Assembly (NCBI GenBank): GCA_045614505.1 | Contig: JAZLDA010000086.1 | Span: 13,927-77,926, forward strand | Direction of reading: 5' to 3' | DNA length: 64,000 nucleotides | From: Acutalibacteraceae bacterium | Lineage (GTDB): Bacteria; Bacillota; Clostridia; Oscillospirales; Acutalibacteraceae | Shown: positions 9,957 to 19,480 of the stretch, in pieces | Layout of the letters: the number at the start of each line of letters is the position of its first letter | How positions within the stretch are numbered: the stretch's first letter is position 1 | Program-made: the position numbers and the translations under genes | Notes under the pieces: model-generated | Database searches by the model: none | Seen by the model: the letters and a program-made list of their open reading frames with translations, nothing else | Told to the model about the DNA's origin: nothing

Positions 9957-10448
9957 TCAGCGCAAGAATTTAAGACTTCTGATGATTGCAGCCTCTTTAG
10001 CCTTACCGGCGCATATCTGGAAGAAGCAGATGAACTTAAGCACTGTAAGGGTACCGAGCAATGCTATGTAAGCAAGAGCAACAAGACCGTACACAACAAC
10101 ACCTAAAAAAGGAATAACAACGATAAGTGCACAAAGCGCCAGAGCTATCGTTGCAAGAATTTCAACTACGGTAAATTTCAGCGCCTGTCTTACATGGAAG
10201 CCTGCATAAGCAGAAGTGTTGCCTGCAAGAAGAGCAATAATAATACCGATAGGACCCATAAGATAAACAAGCATTGCAATTACCTTGTTATCTGAAATAT
10301 CCTTGGCATCAAACTCGCTTGTGCGGTCATAGGGGTCATAGGCAGGAGCTGCAGTTACAGGTTGAGGCGCTGCAAAGGGAAGGCCGCAGCCTGTGCAAAA
10401 AGCAGCATTATCATCTAACTGTTGATTGCATTTCGGACAAATTTTCAT
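9957..10448 (-). CDS. Zinc-ribbon domain membrane protein (DUF4870-like C-terminal TM region)
   Basis: 163 aa. N-terminal CPKC..(x12)..CTGCG zinc ribbon, Pro-rich linker, 3-4 TM helices; AAGGAGA SD. Confidence 0.6.
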   Translation of the reverse strand: MKICPKCNQQLDDNAAFCTGCGLPFAAPQPVTAAPAYDPYDRTSEFDAKDISDNKVIAMLVYLMGPIGIIIALLAGNTSAYAGFHVRQALKFTVVEILATIALALCALIVVIPFLGVVVYGLVALAYIALLGTLTVLKFICFFQICAGKAKEAAIIRSLKFLR

Positions 10449-10585
10449 AATACTTATCTCCTTTTTATTAGATTAATTTAATTATATCAGTTACCAAAAA
10501 AACTGTCAACACATATATTTTTTTAGGGCATTTTACTGTAGAAAAATGCAGAAAATGTGTTATAATGTCATTCAGGTGATTATTA

Positions 10586-11965
10586 ATGCGAAATTTATTA
10601 GTTAAGGACAAGGCGTTTTATAAAAAAGTTGCCGCCATTTCAATTCCCATTGCACTACAGGGTCTTATAACTACCGGTGTAAATATGATGGACACCGTTA
10701 TGATAGGCGCTGTAGGCGAAACCCAGCTTTCCGCAGTTTCACTGGCTAATCAGTTTATTACCATTTTCCAGATTTTCTGTATGGGAATAGGTATGGGTGC
10801 TTCGGTGCTGGTTTCCCGTTATTACGGTATGAACGACAAATCCTCACTGAAAAAGACGGTTTCAATAATGCTGCGTTTATGTCTCTTTCTTTCCCTGCTC
10901 TTTTGCATTGCGACAGCGCTGTTGCCACGGCTGATAATGAATATATACACCGTAGAAGAGGATATTATTACACTTGGTATAGAATATCTCAGGTACTCGG
11001 TTTTTACGTACTTTCTTTTAGGTCTGTCTCTTACCTGCACCATAGTGCTGAGAAATGTAGGACAGGTGAAAATCCCCCTATACACCTCAATCGGTGCGTT
11101 TTTTGTTAATGTAGGTGCTAACTACATATTTATTTTTGGAAAACTGGGCGCGCCGAGAATGGAGGTCGCCGGAGCAGCAGTAGGCACACTCATTGCAAGA
11201 ATTTTCGAATTTGCCGTTATTTGCGGTTATCTGTTCTTTAAAGATAAAGCAATCGCTTTTAAAATCAAAGATATATTCCGTCCTGTCGGAAACCTCTGGA
11301 AAGAATACATCCGTATCAGTATCCCTGTTCTTATCAGCGACGGAATTTTAGCCCTCGGTAACAATTCGGTTGCTATGGTTATAGGAAGACTTGGAGAAAG
11401 TTTTGTTGCGGCTAATGCCGTGACCGCCGTTGCACAGCAGTTAAGCTCGGTTATGATACAGGGCTTTTCACAGGCAGGCTCTATTATCACAGGCTACACT
11501 CTTGGAGAAGGCGACAGAGAAAAAGCGCACAAGCAAGGTTATTCCTTCCTCGTTATCGGTATGATATTCGGCGTCATTGCGGCACTGATTATTACCGTGA
11601 TAAGCGCTCCTCTCATTTCGGCGTACAACCTCTCAGAGGAAACACAAAGTCTTGCAAGAGAGCTGATGCTGTCTATCAGTATAATCATCTTCTTCCAGGC
11701 AACCAACAGTATTATGACAAAGGGAGTACTGCGAGGCGGCGGAGACACCAAGGTGCTTATGCTGGCAGATAATATCTTCCTTTGGGTTGCTTCCATACCA
11801 CTCGGAATACTTGCAGGCTTCGTGCTGAGCCTTCCCGCATTCTGGATTTATTTCGCACTTAAAATCGACCAGGTGCTGAAAGCCTTTTGGTGTGTGATCA
11901 GGCTTCGCAGCGGAAAATGGATTAAAAAAATCAGAAACGAAAAAGAAATAGAAAAAGAGATGTGA
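10586..11965 (+). CDS. MATE-family efflux transporter
   Basis: 459 aa, 12 predicted TM helices. Typical MATE N-terminus (AISIPIALQGLITTGVNMMDTVMIG) and its internal repeat. Confidence 0.85.
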   Translation: MRNLLVKDKAFYKKVAAISIPIALQGLITTGVNMMDTVMIGAVGETQLSAVSLANQFITIFQIFCMGIGMGASVLVSRYYGMNDKSSLKKTVSIMLRLCLFLSLLFCIATALLPRLIMNIYTVEEDIITLGIEYLRYSVFTYFLLGLSLTCTIVLRNVGQVKIPLYTSIGAFFVNVGANYIFIFGKLGAPRMEVAGAAVGTLIARIFEFAVICGYLFFKDKAIAFKIKDIFRPVGNLWKEYIRISIPVLISDGILALGNNSVAMVIGRLGESFVAANAVTAVAQQLSSVMIQGFSQAGSIITGYTLGEGDREKAHKQGYSFLVIGMIFGVIAALIITVISAPLISAYNLSEETQSLARELMLSISIIIFFQATNSIMTKGVLRGGGDTKVLMLADNIFLWVASIPLGILAGFVLSLPAFWIYFALKIDQVLKAFWCVIRLRSGKWIKKIRNEKEIEKEM

Positions 11966-11983
11966 CATTCACATCTCTTTTTG
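11956..11983 (+). terminator. Terminator of the MATE gene (overlaps its stop codon)
   Basis: GAGATGTGA-CAT-TCACATCTC followed by TTTTTG. Confidence 0.7.
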
Positions 11984-12071
11984 TTATCAACTAAAAAATA
12001 AAAGCACAGAGGACAAAAATCCTCTGTGCGAATATTCCCGGTAAAAGTGTAACCGGAATGCTCCTAACAAA

Positions 12072-12242
12072 TTATGCCTCAGCAATTGCCTCAACGGGGC
12101 AGGTAGAAGCGCAAGCACCGCAATCAATGCACTTGTCAGCATCAATTGCATATTTGTCATCAGCCTCAGCGATAGCGTCAACGGGACAACCGGCAGCGCA
12201 GCTTCCGCAACCGATGCATTCATCAGAAATTTTGTAAGCCAT
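12072..12242 (-). CDS. fdx: 2x[4Fe-4S] clostridial-type ferredoxin, 56 aa
   Basis: Below the track's length cut-off. Reverse translation gives MAYKISDECIGCGSCAAGCPVDAIAEADDKYAIDADKCIDCGACASTCPVEAIAEA*, with two CxxCxxCxxxCP motifs. GGAGGT SD 8 nt upstream. Hairpin terminator 12004-12029 with a U-run. Confidence 0.9.
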   Translation of the reverse strand: MAYKISDECIGCGSCAAGCPVDAIAEADDKYAIDADKCIDCGACASTCPVEAIAEA

Positions 12243-12322
12243 TCCAGTACACCTCCTGTAAGTTTCTTTAGACTGACTTAAGTCAGCTTAAGGCACAGCC
12301 TTTCGGTATGTACCATGATAAC

Positions 12323-12350
12323 ATTGTACTACAAATTACAAAAAATGCAA
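12323..12350 (-). promoter_or_regulatory. Putative sigma-A promoter of the ferredoxin gene
   Basis: Minus strand TTGCAT-16 nt-TACAAT. Confidence 0.4.
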
Positions 12351-12360
12351 GTAATTTTTA

Positions 12361-13224
12361 TTATTCGTCTGCCGTATCGGCATTTTTACTGTTCTCGGCA
12401 GGCTTTTTTCCCTTGCCTCTGGACAGTATAGTAACCTTGTCTCGGTGGGTTTTATGGGGGAGTCCTTCGGATTCATTAATTTTTACCGTTAGGTTTCCGG
12501 TAATAACATTTACGTCAGTAACAACACCTACACCTGCCTCAGTTTTAACGGTAGCGCCAATAGACGGGGTCTTTTTCAGCAGATATTCATAGGCGTCCTG
12601 CTCGTATTTGAGACAGCACATAAGTCTGCCGCAGCTTCCGGAAATCTTAGTGGGATTAAGGGAAAGTCCCTGTTCCTTAGCCATTTTAATGGAAACCGGC
12701 TGGAAGCCGTTTAAAAATCTTGTACAGCAGAAGGGCTGACCGCAAATACCTATTCCGCCCAACATTCTTGCTTCATCTCTGACACCTATCTGACGAAGCT
12801 CGATTCTTGTATGGAGAGCAGCAGCAAGGTCCTTTACAAGCTCTCTAAAATCAACTCTTCCGTCGGAGGTGAAGAAAAAGATTATTTTACTGCCGTCAAA
12901 GGAATACTGTGCCTCTATAAGCTTCATATCGAGCTTATGAAGGAGTACCTTTTCTTCGCATATTTTAAATGCGTCTTTAGCCTTTAACTTGTTTTCCTCC
13001 ATCTTTTTAATGTCCTTCTCATTTGCAGGACGCAGTGCCTTTTTTAAAGGCTGAACGATTTTGTCATCCTCAACACTGTGATTAGCTTCACTGACAGTAC
13101 CGCACTCTATTCCCTGAGCGGTTTCAACCACGGCAAGACTGCCTACAGTATAATTTTTACCGTCTGGGTCGAAATAATATGCTGCGCCGTCAGATTTAAA
13201 TTTAATAGATATAACCTCGGTCAT
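12361..13224 (-). CDS. ricT: PSP1-domain protein RicT/YaaT
   Basis: 287 aa. Conserved PSP1 core including ICGQPFCC..SGSCGRLMCCLKYE. Sits downstream of holB, as in other Firmicutes. Confidence 0.85.
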   Translation of the reverse strand: MTEVISIKFKSDGAAYYFDPDGKNYTVGSLAVVETAQGIECGTVSEANHSVEDDKIVQPLKKALRPANEKDIKKMEENKLKAKDAFKICEEKVLLHKLDMKLIEAQYSFDGSKIIFFFTSDGRVDFRELVKDLAAALHTRIELRQIGVRDEARMLGGIGICGQPFCCTRFLNGFQPVSIKMAKEQGLSLNPTKISGSCGRLMCCLKYEQDAYEYLLKKTPSIGATVKTEAGVGVVTDVNVITGNLTVKINESEGLPHKTHRDKVTILSRGKGKKPAENSKNADTADE

Positions 13225-13234
13225 AGCCGTCTCC

Positions 13235-14155
13235 TTACTTAGATTTGAATTTGTGAGCCGTTATGCAAAACAGCAGTGGCAAATTCACGTTACTCTGCAA
13301 AGCCGCTTCGGCCTGCTTGCAGGCGTTATACATTCTAAAATCCTTTTTTGTGCTTTTTGGAGTGAGAGCCGCAGTCTTAATGCGGTTAAGGAGCAAAAAG
13401 GAAAGCTGAGCAAAAAACTCCGATGTTTTGACCCTGTCCTTCTCAAGAGGCGCGGTAATGGCAATAAGCTCATAAAGTGTACCGTTATCTGCCGCGTCAA
13501 GGTAATCCGCCGCCATTTGGTAGGTACCGCTTTTTTTACTGCTCAGCGCCGCAACGGCTCTGCCCAAGCGATTGGAATTCACTTTTAAAAGCTCTACCGC
13601 TTCGGCCTTGCTGATACCGTGCTCTGAGGAGATATACTCCGCGGCTTCGTTTATTTCGGGGTCGCATAGGGTGTAGGTAACACATCTCGATATAATAGTG
13701 GGAAGAAGGGCTGCGCGTGAGCGCACATTAAGTATAAACACCGTGTCTCCCGGCGGCTCTTCCAGAACCTTTAGTATTGCATTCTGAGACTGAGGATTCA
13801 TTGTATCGGCAGACTCAATTATAAACACTTTTCTGTCACTCATCATGGGGCGGATATATGCCTCATTTTTAAGCTTTCTTATCTGCTCAACCGATATATT
13901 TTTCTTTTTATCCTCAAGAGCGGTAACAAACAAATCGGGGTGAGTACCTGCGCGCACAAGAGCACAGGCACGGCAGTTATTGCAAGGAGACTCAGACTCC
14001 TCGCAAAGAAGCGCGGCGGCAAGAAACCGCGAAAGAACTGATTTCCCGCTTGAGCTCTCCCCTTCAATTATCACAGCGTGAGGAAATCTGCCTGCACAAA
14101 CAGCAAGCTCTAAGGCTCTCTTCACACCGCCGTTTCCGGCTAAAGGGAATCTCAT
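13235..14155 (-). CDS. holB: DNA polymerase III subunit delta-prime
   Basis: 306 aa. HAVIIEGESSSGKS P-loop-like, CxxCxxC zinc module (CNNCRAC), LKVLEEPP and SRC motifs. ATGA start/stop overlap with trpS. Confidence 0.85.
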   Translation of the reverse strand: MRFPLAGNGGVKRALELAVCAGRFPHAVIIEGESSSGKSVLSRFLAAALLCEESESPCNNCRACALVRAGTHPDLFVTALEDKKKNISVEQIRKLKNEAYIRPMMSDRKVFIIESADTMNPQSQNAILKVLEEPPGDTVFILNVRSRAALLPTIISRCVTYTLCDPEINEAAEYISSEHGISKAEAVELLKVNSNRLGRAVAALSSKKSGTYQMAADYLDAADNGTLYELIAITAPLEKDRVKTSEFFAQLSFLLLNRIKTAALTPKSTKKDFRMYNACKQAEAALQSNVNLPLLFCITAHKFKSK

Positions 14156-15159
14156 AGTACGAAACCGACCTTTTTCATAACCTTGCTCATGATTTTTCTT
14201 GAAGCGTAATAAGCCTTTTCAGCACCCATTTTAGCAAGCTCTTCAAGTTTCTTTTTATCGGATATATACTCATTATAACGCTCTCTTACAGGGTCAAGAC
14301 TGTCTGCGACCGCCTCGCCTACCGCAAGTTTAAACTCACCGTAGCCGCAACCGTCAAACTTCTTAACGGTTTCTTCTGCAGTGATTCCGGTGACAACGCT
14401 GTAAATATCAATAAGATTATTAATTCCGTCCTTACCCTCTGCTATACAGATACGAGCCTCGCTGTCGGTAACGGCACGCTTGAATTTCCTTAGAATATCT
14501 TCCCTTGTATCAAGGAGAGAAATAAAACCGTTGGGATTCTCGTCTGACTTGGACATCTTTTTAGTTGGGTCCTGCAGAGACATTACTCTGGCACCGCTCT
14601 TACCAATAAGAGGCTCAGGTATGGTGAAAACATTGCCGTAAAGGTTATTAAAGCGTGTAGCAATATCACGGGTAATTTCAAGATGCTGCTTCTGGTCGTG
14701 ACCAACGGGAACAAAGTCAGGCTGATAAAGAAGAATATCGGCAGCCATAAGAGCGGGGTAAGCAAAAAGGCCCGCATTGATATTGTCGGCGTGACGAGCG
14801 GATTTGTCTTTAAACTGAGTCATACGGGATAGCTCCCCAAACTGAGTGTAGCAGGAAAGTATCCACGCAAGCTGGCTGTGTGCGGGCACATGAGACTGAA
14901 TGAAAAGAGTGCTCTTTTCAGGGTCAAGTCCAAGAGCCAAAAACAATGCAAACATAGAATATATCTGAGCACGAAGTTTTGCAGGCTCCTGCCTTACGGT
15001 AATGGCGTGAAGGTCGGCAACCGCAAAGGTGCAGTCGTACTCTTCCTGCATATTAACCCAGTTTTTCAGCGCGCCGAGATAGTTTCCCAAGGTAGGAATT
15101 CCGCTGGGCTGAATACAACTGAGTACTTTTTTCTTAGTATCTAAAGTTACTTCACTCAT
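14152..15159 (-). CDS. trpS: Tryptophan--tRNA ligase
   Basis: 335 aa. Class I signature region (GIPTLGNYLGAL) and KMSKS (KKMSKSD). Confidence 0.93.
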   Translation of the reverse strand: MSEVTLDTKKKVLSCIQPSGIPTLGNYLGALKNWVNMQEEYDCTFAVADLHAITVRQEPAKLRAQIYSMFALFLALGLDPEKSTLFIQSHVPAHSQLAWILSCYTQFGELSRMTQFKDKSARHADNINAGLFAYPALMAADILLYQPDFVPVGHDQKQHLEITRDIATRFNNLYGNVFTIPEPLIGKSGARVMSLQDPTKKMSKSDENPNGFISLLDTREDILRKFKRAVTDSEARICIAEGKDGINNLIDIYSVVTGITAEETVKKFDGCGYGEFKLAVGEAVADSLDPVRERYNEYISDKKKLEELAKMGAEKAYYASRKIMSKVMKKVGFVL

Positions 15160-15231
15160 AACTTTTACTCCTTAACAAAACATATGTAATAATTTTACCA
15201 TAAAACACACCTGGAAACAAGAGCAAATATT

Positions 15232-16152
15232 TTACTTATTCCTTAAAGTAAAAATAATATCTCCTATCCGCTCTTTAAGGGAATAATAACGGGCGTATTC
15301 AATACTTGTAAAAAACAGTTTGATAGTTTTAAACAGACTTTTGTCACAAAGGGCAGTAACTCGGTTTTGCTGCATAGCAAGAAGTCTCGTAAAATCTGCA
15401 TATCTGCAAAGGGTCTCTGCCGCACTGAGTTTTTCTTTTGCTACTTCTGTTCTTCCCTTTGGAGCAGAATCCAGCCCTAAAGTATTAGAAGAATGTATAC
15501 GATAACCGCTGAGTTTCCGGTTTAAAAAATACAGTCCGTCTTTAGAAGCGGCAACTAAATTAAGCTCCCAATCGTGAGGTAAAACTGAATTACTGTTTCG
15601 GCAAAAGCTGTCTTTCAGTTCTTTTCTTATTACAGTGGTGCAACCGGGAGAAATGTTGCTGTGCATAACGGCTTTAAGGCTTATGGGGGCAAGGCAATTT
15701 TCATTTATTTTTCCATAAACGAGTCCGTGATTTGATGTGTTTTCCGCGCTCTCGTCCGAAAGATGTTCACCTGCTTCATCAACAAAATCAAAGGAAGAAG
15801 ACAGAGAGAGAATCTGCGGATTTTCCTCCATAATACGGCTCATTATCTCGGTTTTGTTTTTATACCATGTATCATCCTGGTCGCAAAGAAAAATAATGTC
15901 TCCGTCGGTTTTGGAAATGGCTGATAAAAAATTCTTTTTAAAACCCATATTTTCGGTATTTCTATGAAGTTTCCAGCCAAAAAGGGAGTGCTTTTCTATA
16001 TATTCATCTACAAAATCAGCAGTGCCGTCACTTGAAGCGTCATCACAGATAATAACTTCATCAGGCAGTCTGAACTGAAGACGGAGAGAGTCAAGCTGTT
16101 CTTCAATATAGCTCATTCCGTTGTAGGTAGCCATCGCCACAGATATTTTCAT
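15232..16152 (-). CDS. Family 2 glycosyltransferase
   Basis: MKISVAMATYNG...VIICDDASSDGT...LCDQDD motifs. Start trimmed from 16209 to the ATG at 16152, preceded by GGGAAGTGAAAG. Confidence 0.8.
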   Translation of the reverse strand: MKISVAMATYNGMSYIEEQLDSLRLQFRLPDEVIICDDASSDGTADFVDEYIEKHSLFGWKLHRNTENMGFKKNFLSAISKTDGDIIFLCDQDDTWYKNKTEIMSRIMEENPQILSLSSSFDFVDEAGEHLSDESAENTSNHGLVYGKINENCLAPISLKAVMHSNISPGCTTVIRKELKDSFCRNSNSVLPHDWELNLVAASKDGLYFLNRKLSGYRIHSSNTLGLDSAPKGRTEVAKEKLSAAETLCRYADFTRLLAMQQNRVTALCDKSLFKTIKLFFTSIEYARYYSLKERIGDIIFTLRNK

Positions 16153-16364
16153 ACTTTCACTTCCCTTGCTTTTCCATTTCATTTTATCACAATTTTTAAA
16201 AAATCTCAATACATATATAAAGAGTCCAAATTAAAATACAGTTAAATTATAGATATAAATAATGCCTGCTGTATCCGAAATTAACATCTTGAAGATTTTT
16301 CGGACAAAGCAGGCTTCTTTCAAATCAGTAAATTTACACTGTACCTAAACTTTTTATCACCCTT

Positions 16365-17015
16365 TTATTGAAGTTTTTCAATTTTTTTAATACTTACATC
16401 ACTAAGCAATGAAGATATTATCAGGTCTGCAGTATTTTCGTCGGTATCAGCTACACTGACAACAACACTACCGTCGGATTCTCTTATCATAGATGTTACA
16501 TGAAATGCACTTTCAGTAATATATTTATAGGCATTACCGAAATCCTGTGGCTCTTGGGGAGAGATTCTGATTCTGCAAACTTTTTTACTTCCTCTTTTTT
16601 GAAGAAAAGCAGCAACAGGTCTCAGTGCAAGCATTGCGGCAATTATAAGCAATGCCATACTGATACCAATGAAGTAATATCCGGCCCCTATTGCGAGCCC
16701 GAGACAAGCTGTTGCCCATAGTCCTGCCGCAGTTGTAAGACCTCGAATACGCTTACCGTGTACAAGAATGCAACCTGCACCCAGAAAACCGATTCCGCTT
16801 ATTACCTGTGCACCGATTCTCATAATATCTCCACTATAATCATTAACCAGTGCTTCACTGACTATCATTACACAGGCACTTCCCAAACACACAAGAATAT
16901 GGGTCCTGAGGCCTGCATCGTGGTTTGTACCTGAACGTTCAACGCCTATAATACCACCTAAAAGCACCGCAAGAGCAAATCTTATAAGTATTTCAAAATA
17001 ATTTTCCGGAATCAT
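16365..17015 (-). CDS. mgtC: MgtC/SapB-family membrane protein
   Basis: 216 aa. LLGGIIGVERSGTNHDAGLRTHILV signature, four or more TM helices, soluble C-terminal domain. Confidence 0.85.
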   Translation of the reverse strand: MIPENYFEILIRFALAVLLGGIIGVERSGTNHDAGLRTHILVCLGSACVMIVSEALVNDYSGDIMRIGAQVISGIGFLGAGCILVHGKRIRGLTTAAGLWATACLGLAIGAGYYFIGISMALLIIAAMLALRPVAAFLQKRGSKKVCRIRISPQEPQDFGNAYKYITESAFHVTSMIRESDGSVVVSVADTDENTADLIISSLLSDVSIKKIEKLQ

Positions 17016-17030
17016 AATCCACCAACCAAA

Positions 17031-17591
17031 TTAAAGATACCAAAGTTCTTTTTTACCTGTAGATACAGCCGATGCACCGCAGGAAAGAGCCTCGGTTATT
17101 TCAGCCTTACTTTCAATAAGTCCGCCTGCAATTACGGGGATACCGCGGGAAGCAAAACGAGAGATTACCTTGCCGATAACCCCGGGAATTATTTCAACAA
17201 AATCAGGTGAAGAAACGCTCAACATTTCTTCAATACTTTCAATTCCTTGAGAGTCCAGTGCAAAAAAGCGTTGAACAGTAATAAGCCCCATATCCTTTGC
17301 CTGACGGATAAGCTTTCCTCTGGTGCTTACTATTCCATCAACACCTGCTTTTTTTAAATACTGTATGCCGGTTTTATCACTTGCTATACCTTCCGCCAAG
17401 TCAATGTGTACTAAAATATATTTACCCTTTTCGTGAACTCTTTTTATTTCTTCAGCAATGGTCAGTAAATTTGCCTTCATATGGCAAAGTGTTTCAGCAG
17501 GAGAAACAAGTGCCGCTTCAAGCTCGTCAGCATGAATAGTAGCAATAAGTGGAAAACGGTCAAGAGAATCTTTAAACTGATTTAAAGTCAT
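17031..17591 (-). CDS. glpP: GlpP-family glycerol-3-phosphate-responsive antiterminator-like protein
   Basis: G3P_antiterm-like sequence (PLIATIHADE...GVDGIVSTRG...IIPGVI...IPVIAGGLI). AGGGTGA SD 5 nt before ATG 17591. Only 15 nt upstream of mgtC. Confidence 0.75.
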   Translation of the reverse strand: MTLNQFKDSLDRFPLIATIHADELEAALVSPAETLCHMKANLLTIAEEIKRVHEKGKYILVHIDLAEGIASDKTGIQYLKKAGVDGIVSTRGKLIRQAKDMGLITVQRFFALDSQGIESIEEMLSVSSPDFVEIIPGVIGKVISRFASRGIPVIAGGLIESKAEITEALSCGASAVSTGKKELWYL

Positions 17592-17719
17592 AAAAATCAC
17601 CCTAAAAAGATATTAAAATAAAAAAGGCGCAAAAACCACAGCTAACTGTAGCTTTTGCGTCTCCGTTACTCATTCAGCAAAATTATTTTAACATATTCAC
17701 ATTTCTTTGTCAACACTTC

Positions 17720-18181
17720 TTAAACGGCTTTTTTATCGGATTTTAGGGCATCGCGGATTTCTTTAAGAAGAGATACTTCGTCCTCAACAGGTGCGGCAGG
17801 CTCTTCTACTGCTTCTTCCTCTTTCTTATGACGGAGCGCGTCAAGTTTCTTCTGCGCATTCATCATAATACGAAGCACTACGAAAATACAGAAAGCAATA
17901 ATTATAAAGTCAACTATAGCCTGAAGGAAAATACCGTATTCAACGGCAACGCCGGGGTCAACAACCTCGCCTGCGGCATTGAGACTCTCAGGCTTTATTA
18001 CCCATTTTAATGCCTCAAGACTGTTTTTACCTGTGAGAAGAACAATAAAGGGAGTGATGATATTGTTAACAAGTGCATTGATTATTTCTTTGAAAGCGGC
18101 ACCGATAACAACACCGACAGCCATATCAAGAACGTTGCCCTTCATAGCAAATTCTTTGAAATCGTGGAAAAACTTTTTCAT
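17720..18181 (-). CDS. mscL: Large-conductance mechanosensitive channel
   Basis: MKKFFHDFKEFAMKGNVLDMAVGVVIGAAF N-terminus. Start trimmed to the ATG at 18181. Terminator hairpin at ~17612-17661. Confidence 0.9.
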   Translation of the reverse strand: MKKFFHDFKEFAMKGNVLDMAVGVVIGAAFKEIINALVNNIITPFIVLLTGKNSLEALKWVIKPESLNAAGEVVDPGVAVEYGIFLQAIVDFIIIAFCIFVVLRIMMNAQKKLDALRHKKEEEAVEEPAAPVEDEVSLLKEIRDALKSDKKAV

Positions 18182-18286
18182 AACTTTTCGCTCCTTAATC
18201 AAATTATTTTTGATTTTCTGTCGAATATTGTAACACAATATAATTTAAAAATCAATAAAAAGCTGAAGAAACGAAACGCTTATTTA

Positions 18287-19456
18287 CTATACATTTCCGA
18301 AAGAAGAAGTGTTATCCTCAAATACTTCCTCTGTTTCTTTTTTGCCCACAGAATTTTTAACTCTCTTCATAAGTTCTTCTTTATAAAGGTCGGCATCAAT
18401 AGGAAGTTTAACCTCTTTGCCAAGAAAATCAGACAGATGCATTGCATTGGAAAGAGTAAGTCCGTTTATACCTTCACTTCCATCTGCAACAAGCTCTCCC
18501 TTGCCGAGAATCTTATCAGCAAAAGCATTCATAACGCCTGTGTGGGAGGTTTCTTTTACTTCAATATCAATATCTATCTCTTTAGTAGGTATAGAAGCAA
18601 AGGGTCTCTGATTAATAGCAGAAAACTCCTGTTCAGTCATTTCAAATTCCCAAACCCGCAATTTTCCGTTTTCAACAACAAGCTTTGCTTTATCCATCTG
18701 TACCTCAAAACGGTTGGTTCCGCAACCATCACCTGTAGTAGTTATGAAAGCACCTGTTGCACCGTTTTCATATTCAACAAAAGCAGTAACGTCATCTTCA
18801 ACCTCGATGTTGTGCCATTTGCCGTATTTAAGTTTTGCAAGCACCTTAACAGGCATACCGCAAATCCACTGCCAAAGGTCTAACTGATGGGGGCACTGAT
18901 TAAGGAGTACACCGCCGCCTTCACCTGCCCAGGTAGCACGCCAATCACCAGAATCATAATAAGCCTGCGAACGATACCAATTGGTAATGAGCCAGTTTGT
19001 TCGTCTGATTTGACCGTATTTACCCGATTTGACAAGCTCCCGCATTTTTTGGTAAAGGCTGTTTGTTCTCTGATTAAACATCATACCGAAAACAACCTCA
19101 GGATGCTTTTTAGCTTCCTCGTTCATTTCCTCAACCTGCTTTGTATAAACACCTGCAGGTTTTTCTACCATAACATGAATTCCGCGTTTCATACACTCTA
19201 TTGCAAGAGTAGTATGGTCATAGTGAGGTACTGCTATAAGGCAAGCATTGATTTTTCCACTTTCAAGCATTTCTATTGCATTGTTATAATAAGAAACAGA
19301 ATCACCGAATTTTTCCTTTGCCGCCTCGATTCGCGCCTCTTTTATATCGGCAATTGCTGTAAGAATAATGTCAGGACATTTCTCACTGCTTACATTGTTG
19401 CCATGGGTAGTACCCATATTACCGTAACCAATTATACCGAGTCTTACTTTATCCAT
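18287..19456 (-). CDS. Gfo/Idh/MocA-family NAD(P)-dependent oxidoreductase
   Basis: 389 aa. VRLGIIGYGNMG Rossmann N-terminus and an EKP motif (VMVEKPAG). Confidence 0.85.
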   Translation of the reverse strand: MDKVRLGIIGYGNMGTTHGNNVSSEKCPDIILTAIADIKEARIEAAKEKFGDSVSYYNNAIEMLESGKINACLIAVPHYDHTTLAIECMKRGIHVMVEKPAGVYTKQVEEMNEEAKKHPEVVFGMMFNQRTNSLYQKMRELVKSGKYGQIRRTNWLITNWYRSQAYYDSGDWRATWAGEGGGVLLNQCPHQLDLWQWICGMPVKVLAKLKYGKWHNIEVEDDVTAFVEYENGATGAFITTTGDGCGTNRFEVQMDKAKLVVENGKLRVWEFEMTEQEFSAINQRPFASIPTKEIDIDIEVKETSHTGVMNAFADKILGKGELVADGSEGINGLTLSNAMHLSDFLGKEVKLPIDADLYKEELMKRVKNSVGKKETEEVFEDNTSSFGNV

Positions 19457-19480
19457 AATTAATACTCCTTGTCTGTGGTT

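Noticed and set aside
11987-12223. 78-aa ORF listed in the six-frame track
   Set aside because: It has a Leu/Ala-rich low-information sequence and no SD. It overlaps, in a different frame, a textbook 56-aa ferredoxin gene with SD, promoter and terminator.
15160-15231. Looked for a T-box leader upstream of trpS
   Set aside because: Only 72 nt separate trpS from the preceding gene. That is too short for a T-box, and I saw no specifier/antiterminator architecture.
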